Source: Polyangia bacterium (GTDB lineage Bacteria; Myxococcota_A; Polyangia; JAAYKL01). Taken from it: a stretch of DNA of 52,242 nt. Positions 48,720 to 52,242 of this stretch are shown piece after piece; position 1 is the stretch's first letter, and the number at the start of each line of letters is the position of its first letter. The stretch is taken from the NCBI GenBank assembly GCA_050287845.1, contig JBNKCR010000009.1, positions 1-52,242 on the forward strand, in the 5' to 3' direction. The notes beneath the pieces are model-generated. The model had not been told where the DNA came from. It was given only the letters and a program-made list of their open reading frames with translations, and made no database searches. The translations under genes and the position numbers were made by a program.

Positions 48720-49280
48720 CTATTTGGCCTTGCGCCCCATCGTCCGCCATCCGGTGCGCGGCGCTGCCATCGGCCGCAGGGTGTATCCCGCATCAGCGCT
48801 CTCCACCACCACAAAACAGTTTTCATCCATCGCCCGTGCTTTCGACACCAGCTGCCTCACCTGTTTTCGGGGCACTTTGGCATACAGCAGCGAAATGGGA
48901 CCATCCTGTCCCTCTCCTTTCAATTCGGTCAGCGCAAACCCATCCGCACGCAGCGCCGTGGCTACCTGCACACCAGTGCGGGTAAACAGCATCACCGATT
49001 TGTCCCCCACGGCCAGCCACTTTTCAATGGTCAGCCCCACAGCGCTGCCGGTTGCAAATCCAAGGGCGTAAAATATCGACAGCAGCGGCTGCTCCCGTAC
49101 CCCCCCAATCACCTCTGAAACCACCCATATCCAGATAAGGACCTCAACGAATCCCAGACACCACGAAATGAATCGGCTTCCCCGCACAATGAACAGGGTC
49201 CGGAGGGTGCCCAGCCCCACATCCACAATTCGCGCAAAAAAAATGATGGTCCCGCTGATAAGTAAAGAATGTGTCAACAT
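48720..49280 (-). CDS. UPF0316 (DUF5698/DUF2179) membrane protein
   Basis: IFFARIVDVGLGTLR; LGFVEVLIW; YALGFATG..VG..IE; G..TE..GEG..G; D...FVVV. Confidence 0.9.
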   Translation of the reverse strand: MLTHSLLISGTIIFFARIVDVGLGTLRTLFIVRGSRFISWCLGFVEVLIWIWVVSEVIGGVREQPLLSIFYALGFATGSAVGLTIEKWLAVGDKSVMLFTRTGVQVATALRADGFALTELKGEGQDGPISLLYAKVPRKQVRQLVSKARAMDENCFVVVESADAGYTLRPMAAPRTGWRTMGRKAK

Positions 49281-49296
49281 AACACTCGCATATGAA

Positions 49297-49312
49297 AGCA
49301 TAATCAATGCCA
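49297..49312 (-). promoter_or_regulatory. Putative sigma-54 promoter for the UPF0316 gene and possibly the NtrC-type activator gene
   Basis: TGGCATTGATTATGCT (GG-N10-GC), 17 nt upstream of ATG 49280. Confidence 0.6.
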
Positions 49313-49561
49313 GTCCCGACTGTCCGGACACCGCAACTCCCCTGCGGACATCACTGCCTTCCTCCGGAGTTCTACTTGCGTTTTTTGATTCAATGTCTTT
49401 TTTTTTTTCATGTTTAATGGTACGATTAAATCGTTGATACACACTGATATATTCGCAACCCAATTAGCTCCCGGGAGCACCCGGAGAAAGCAGAAAAGGG
49501 CGCCAGCCCTGCTTCTGTTTTCTCCGTGGTTCTGGCACTTACGATGGAAGGAATTGCTATC

Positions 49562-50356
49562 ATGACCGATGAGACCAGACATCCGAATTTCAAAGATATT
49601 CCCAATGCTGCGCGCGTATATGATTACGTACTGGGCGGGAGTTGCAACTACGATGCCGACCGTCAGGCCGCGGAGTTCATGCTCAGCCTGGTACCATCCA
49701 CCCGCAAATGGGTGCGGTATTTGCGAAATTACCTGCACGCCACAGTCAAACAGCTCGCGGCAGAAGGATTTGACAGGTTCCTGGACCTTGCTTCGGGATT
49801 ACCCACCGAAGAGCACATTCACACCACCGCCCCCCGGGCGAAAGTGGTTTACGTGGATATTGACCCGTTGGTGGTCCAGACCGGTACCGAAATCATCGGA
49901 AACCATCCCAACGCGCGCTACATCGAAGCGGATGTTCGAAACATCGAAGAAATCCTGGCGTCCCCCATTGTCCGGGAGATGGTTGGAGATGGCAGCAAGG
50001 TGGCGGTGGGGTTGAACGCAGTTACCTGTTTTCTGACAGAAGCCGAAACTCAGAACATCATGCATTCGCTGTATCAGTGGGCGCCGAAAGGAAGCAAACT
50101 GTACGCCACATTTGAAACCAAAATCCCGGATTTGATGTCTCCGGGGCTACAGCAACTCATTGATACCTTCGCGCAGATGGGCAGTCCCTACCATTTTCTG
50201 ACCCTCGAAAAGTCCAGAGAATTGGTTCATCCATGGATGACGGATGCAAAAGGATTTCAGCCTCTGGCCAGGGTACTGGGCGTTGAAAGCGAAATCACCG
50301 ACGCAGACAGAGAAGGTGTGGGGTTGGAGTTTTACGGCGCTGTCCTGCAAAAATAG
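49562..50356 (+). CDS. SAM-dependent methyltransferase, Methyltransf_19 (DUF574) type
   Basis: PNAARVYDY.LGG..NY.ADR; G...FLDLASGLPT; A.VVYVD.DP.V; ADVR; ends YGAV..K. Confidence 0.9.
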   Translation: MTDETRHPNFKDIPNAARVYDYVLGGSCNYDADRQAAEFMLSLVPSTRKWVRYLRNYLHATVKQLAAEGFDRFLDLASGLPTEEHIHTTAPRAKVVYVDIDPLVVQTGTEIIGNHPNARYIEADVRNIEEILASPIVREMVGDGSKVAVGLNAVTCFLTEAETQNIMHSLYQWAPKGSKLYATFETKIPDLMSPGLQQLIDTFAQMGSPYHFLTLEKSRELVHPWMTDAKGFQPLARVLGVESEITDADREGVGLEFYGAVLQK

Positions 50357-50469
50357 TTGACTGACTGTAGAATTCGCATAAGGGAAATGACTTACACCGT
50401 TTATTTACAACATTTGGCCGGTAGAAACTTAAGCAGATTTTGCCGTGCAGCAGGTTGAGGAGGTTCCCG

Positions 50470-51717
50470 TTGAAGCGAAGATTCCCCAGACAACAAACTG
50501 GTCCCGCTCGAAGTCGATTGCGCCATCCCCGAACCCCATCCTGTCTGTATGCTGCTCGTCTCAGAAAATATCGGCGATCCCTTGACGATGCCAATGGACG
50601 ACTCCGGCTGCTGTCGGCGCATACGCGAGGCATTATTTTCGAGCTGGATTCCGATGTTCGATTTGTGCGCATCTGGGCCAGTGATCCCCAGTTGCTCGCT
50701 GTCCCGGAATCAGAAAGCTTGGGACGAACCATCCTGGATGTGCTGGGTCCCGAGGTGGGTCGGATTCATCACGATGCAGCAAAGGCCACAGTGGAAACCG
50801 GGAATTCCGTCAGTTACGAATACGAACTCGATGTTCCCAGCGGTCATCGTCATTTTGCCTGCCAGAGTGTTGCCGTCCCCGCAGATTCCGGAAGTGAAAA
50901 CCACGCGGTATTCTGGATTCGAGACATCACAGATCAGGTACAGCTTCAACAGAAGCTCATCCGCACTGAGCGATTGGCCATGGTCGGCGCGCTGGCGGCG
51001 GGGGTTGCCCACGAAATCAACAATCCGCTCGCGTACATGATGCTGAATGCCGAACAGTTGGGAAGAATTTTCGATCACTTTGAAAAGGGTCAACCCCTCA
51101 ATGACCGTCTGGACGGCGTGCGAAATTGCATCCGCATGATTTACGATGGCGCCGGTCACGTACGGAACATTGTGAACGAACTGCTCCAGCTGGCCAAACC
51201 GGACGATCCGACGGAACCGGTGAGCATCAGTCATGCCGTCAATCTGTCTCTCGACATGACCCGTTCATTCCTGGATAGTCGGGTGCGCATCCGTACCGAT
51301 TGCGATGATGTCTCTCCGGTAATGGCCAACCGCGGACGGCTGGTGCAGGTATTCACCAATCTGCTCACCAATGCGGCCGAAGCGATGTCCGAAAGCGACG
51401 ATGGGAAACCCAACGAAATCATCATCTCTGCGCAGCATATGGCCCCCGACGCGGTTCTGGTGACATTCAGTGATACAGGCGTCGGGATTTCAAAAGAAAC
51501 CCAGAACCGAATCTTCGATCCGTTCTTTACGACCAAATCCAACGGTACGGGGCTGGGACTGACTATCTGTCAGCGCATCATCAATGGTCTAAACGGCGAA
51601 ATCCGATGCGAGCCGCTACACCCCAGAGGCACTGTTTTTAAAATCCTGCTGGAAGCGGCCATTCCCAAATCCCGCCCGATGCATATGAACACGACCTACG
51701 ACGAACACCCCGTCTGA
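50470..51717 (+). CDS. PAS sensor histidine kinase (NtrB-like)
   Basis: GAGGAGG RBS before TTG 50470; PAS ..RDIT; ERLAMVGALAAGVAHEINNPL; QVFTNLL.NA; DTGVGI; FDPFFTTK..GTGLGL. Confidence 0.92.
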   Translation: MKRRFPRQQTGPARSRLRHPRTPSCLYAARLRKYRRSLDDANGRLRLLSAHTRGIIFELDSDVRFVRIWASDPQLLAVPESESLGRTILDVLGPEVGRIHHDAAKATVETGNSVSYEYELDVPSGHRHFACQSVAVPADSGSENHAVFWIRDITDQVQLQQKLIRTERLAMVGALAAGVAHEINNPLAYMMLNAEQLGRIFDHFEKGQPLNDRLDGVRNCIRMIYDGAGHVRNIVNELLQLAKPDDPTEPVSISHAVNLSLDMTRSFLDSRVRIRTDCDDVSPVMANRGRLVQVFTNLLTNAAEAMSESDDGKPNEIIISAQHMAPDAVLVTFSDTGVGISKETQNRIFDPFFTTKSNGTGLGLTICQRIINGLNGEIRCEPLHPRGTVFKILLEAAIPKSRPMHMNTTYDEHPV

Positions 51718-52019
51718 ACCGTCTGTCTCCGTCCGTGCGTTGCGTGCTCTTTTCATAGGGGAGTTCCGAAGACGTCAATCCATTTTTTTGTCGATAATAA
51801 CGCGATTCAACCGGGCACTGGCATCCATGTAATCCGCATCGGGGTAACGCCGTCCCCTGCAACCCCCACCAGCAGTGGCTGAGCGCTCGCGAATCGCCTT
51901 TACTCTCACAGGGAAGAGTGATAGCCAACCCATATAGCCCAAAACCAGGTCAGTCTGAAAAACGTGGATACGACACCGCCCATGGGGGTGAAAACCCCGT
52001 ATCCCAAGGAGGAGGATTC

Positions 52020-52242
52020 ATGAATTTGCCTCAGATTTCCCGAGTCATACTGTTTCTTTCAACTGGCGTGTTCGCCCACAGCGCACTGGGTCATGCAGCG
52101 TATCCGGTTGAATGGTCGCCCCCCCTGGAAGCAGCGACGCTTCAGGACATTCCCTTTTTCGAAGATGCCATTCTATCCAGCTGGTCCGGCGGTGACGTGT
52201 ATGCTCCGGATTCCGTCATCCCCGTGGATTACGAAGAAACCT
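52020..52242 (+). CDS. 5' part of a secreted protein gene, running off the window
   Basis: AGGAGGAGG RBS; ATG 52020; signal-like MNLPQISRVILFLSTGVFAHSALG; open to the end. Confidence 0.7.
   Translation, partial: MNLPQISRVILFLSTGVFAHSALGHAAYPVEWSPPLEAATLQDIPFFEDAILSSWSGGDVYAPDSVIPVDYEET

Noticed and set aside
47603..48985. 460-aa plus-strand ORF
   Set aside because: Antisense to the NtrC-type regulator and UPF0316 genes.
49281..49463. N-terminal extension of the UPF0316 ORF
   Set aside because: Family similarity starts near ATG 49280, and the extension contains the sigma-54 motif and a long homopolymer run.
49532..49547. TGGCACTTACGATGGA as a sigma-54 promoter for the methyltransferase
   Set aside because: The -12 element reads GG rather than GC and overlaps the RBS region.

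Overview
Bacterial chromosomal window, most likely from a Myxococcota/deltaproteobacterium (inferred from Asp-Thr-repeat lipoproteins, a GAFTDA-type sigma-54 activator and ruvAB followed by a long hypothetical gene). Three zones are visible. (1) 1-14.2 kb is a decayed accessory zone: a Zn-finger membrane protein, a Fic protein, lipoproteins (beta-helix, esterase, DPBB-like), LuxR and AraC regulators, separated by REP-like repeats and truncated remnants (IS66 tnpA/tnpB, a Y1 transposase tail, other fragments). (2) 14.2-28.2 kb holds a visibly AT-richer island with a methyltransferase-SMR-acyltransferase-YvaD operon and a tridomain FAAL-ACP-alpha-oxoamine synthase, preceded by an orphan structured element resembling an IS110 non-coding end. 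After it come a GH78 rhamnosidase and a HAF-repeat protein that share a duplicated 75-bp upstream element. (3) 28.3-52.2 kb has ruvAB and a ~17 kb cluster with five GG-N10-GC sigma-54 promoter motifs and its own NtrC-type activator. The cluster combines two RimK ATP-grasp ligases, a GCS2 ligase, an N-formylglutamate-type amidohydrolase, a C39-like peptidase, MgtC, a Ca/Na antiporter, and an MscS channel paired with a large membrane ATPase. This cluster is the best candidate for an undescribed system. All calls are from motif recognition by eye; no searches were run.
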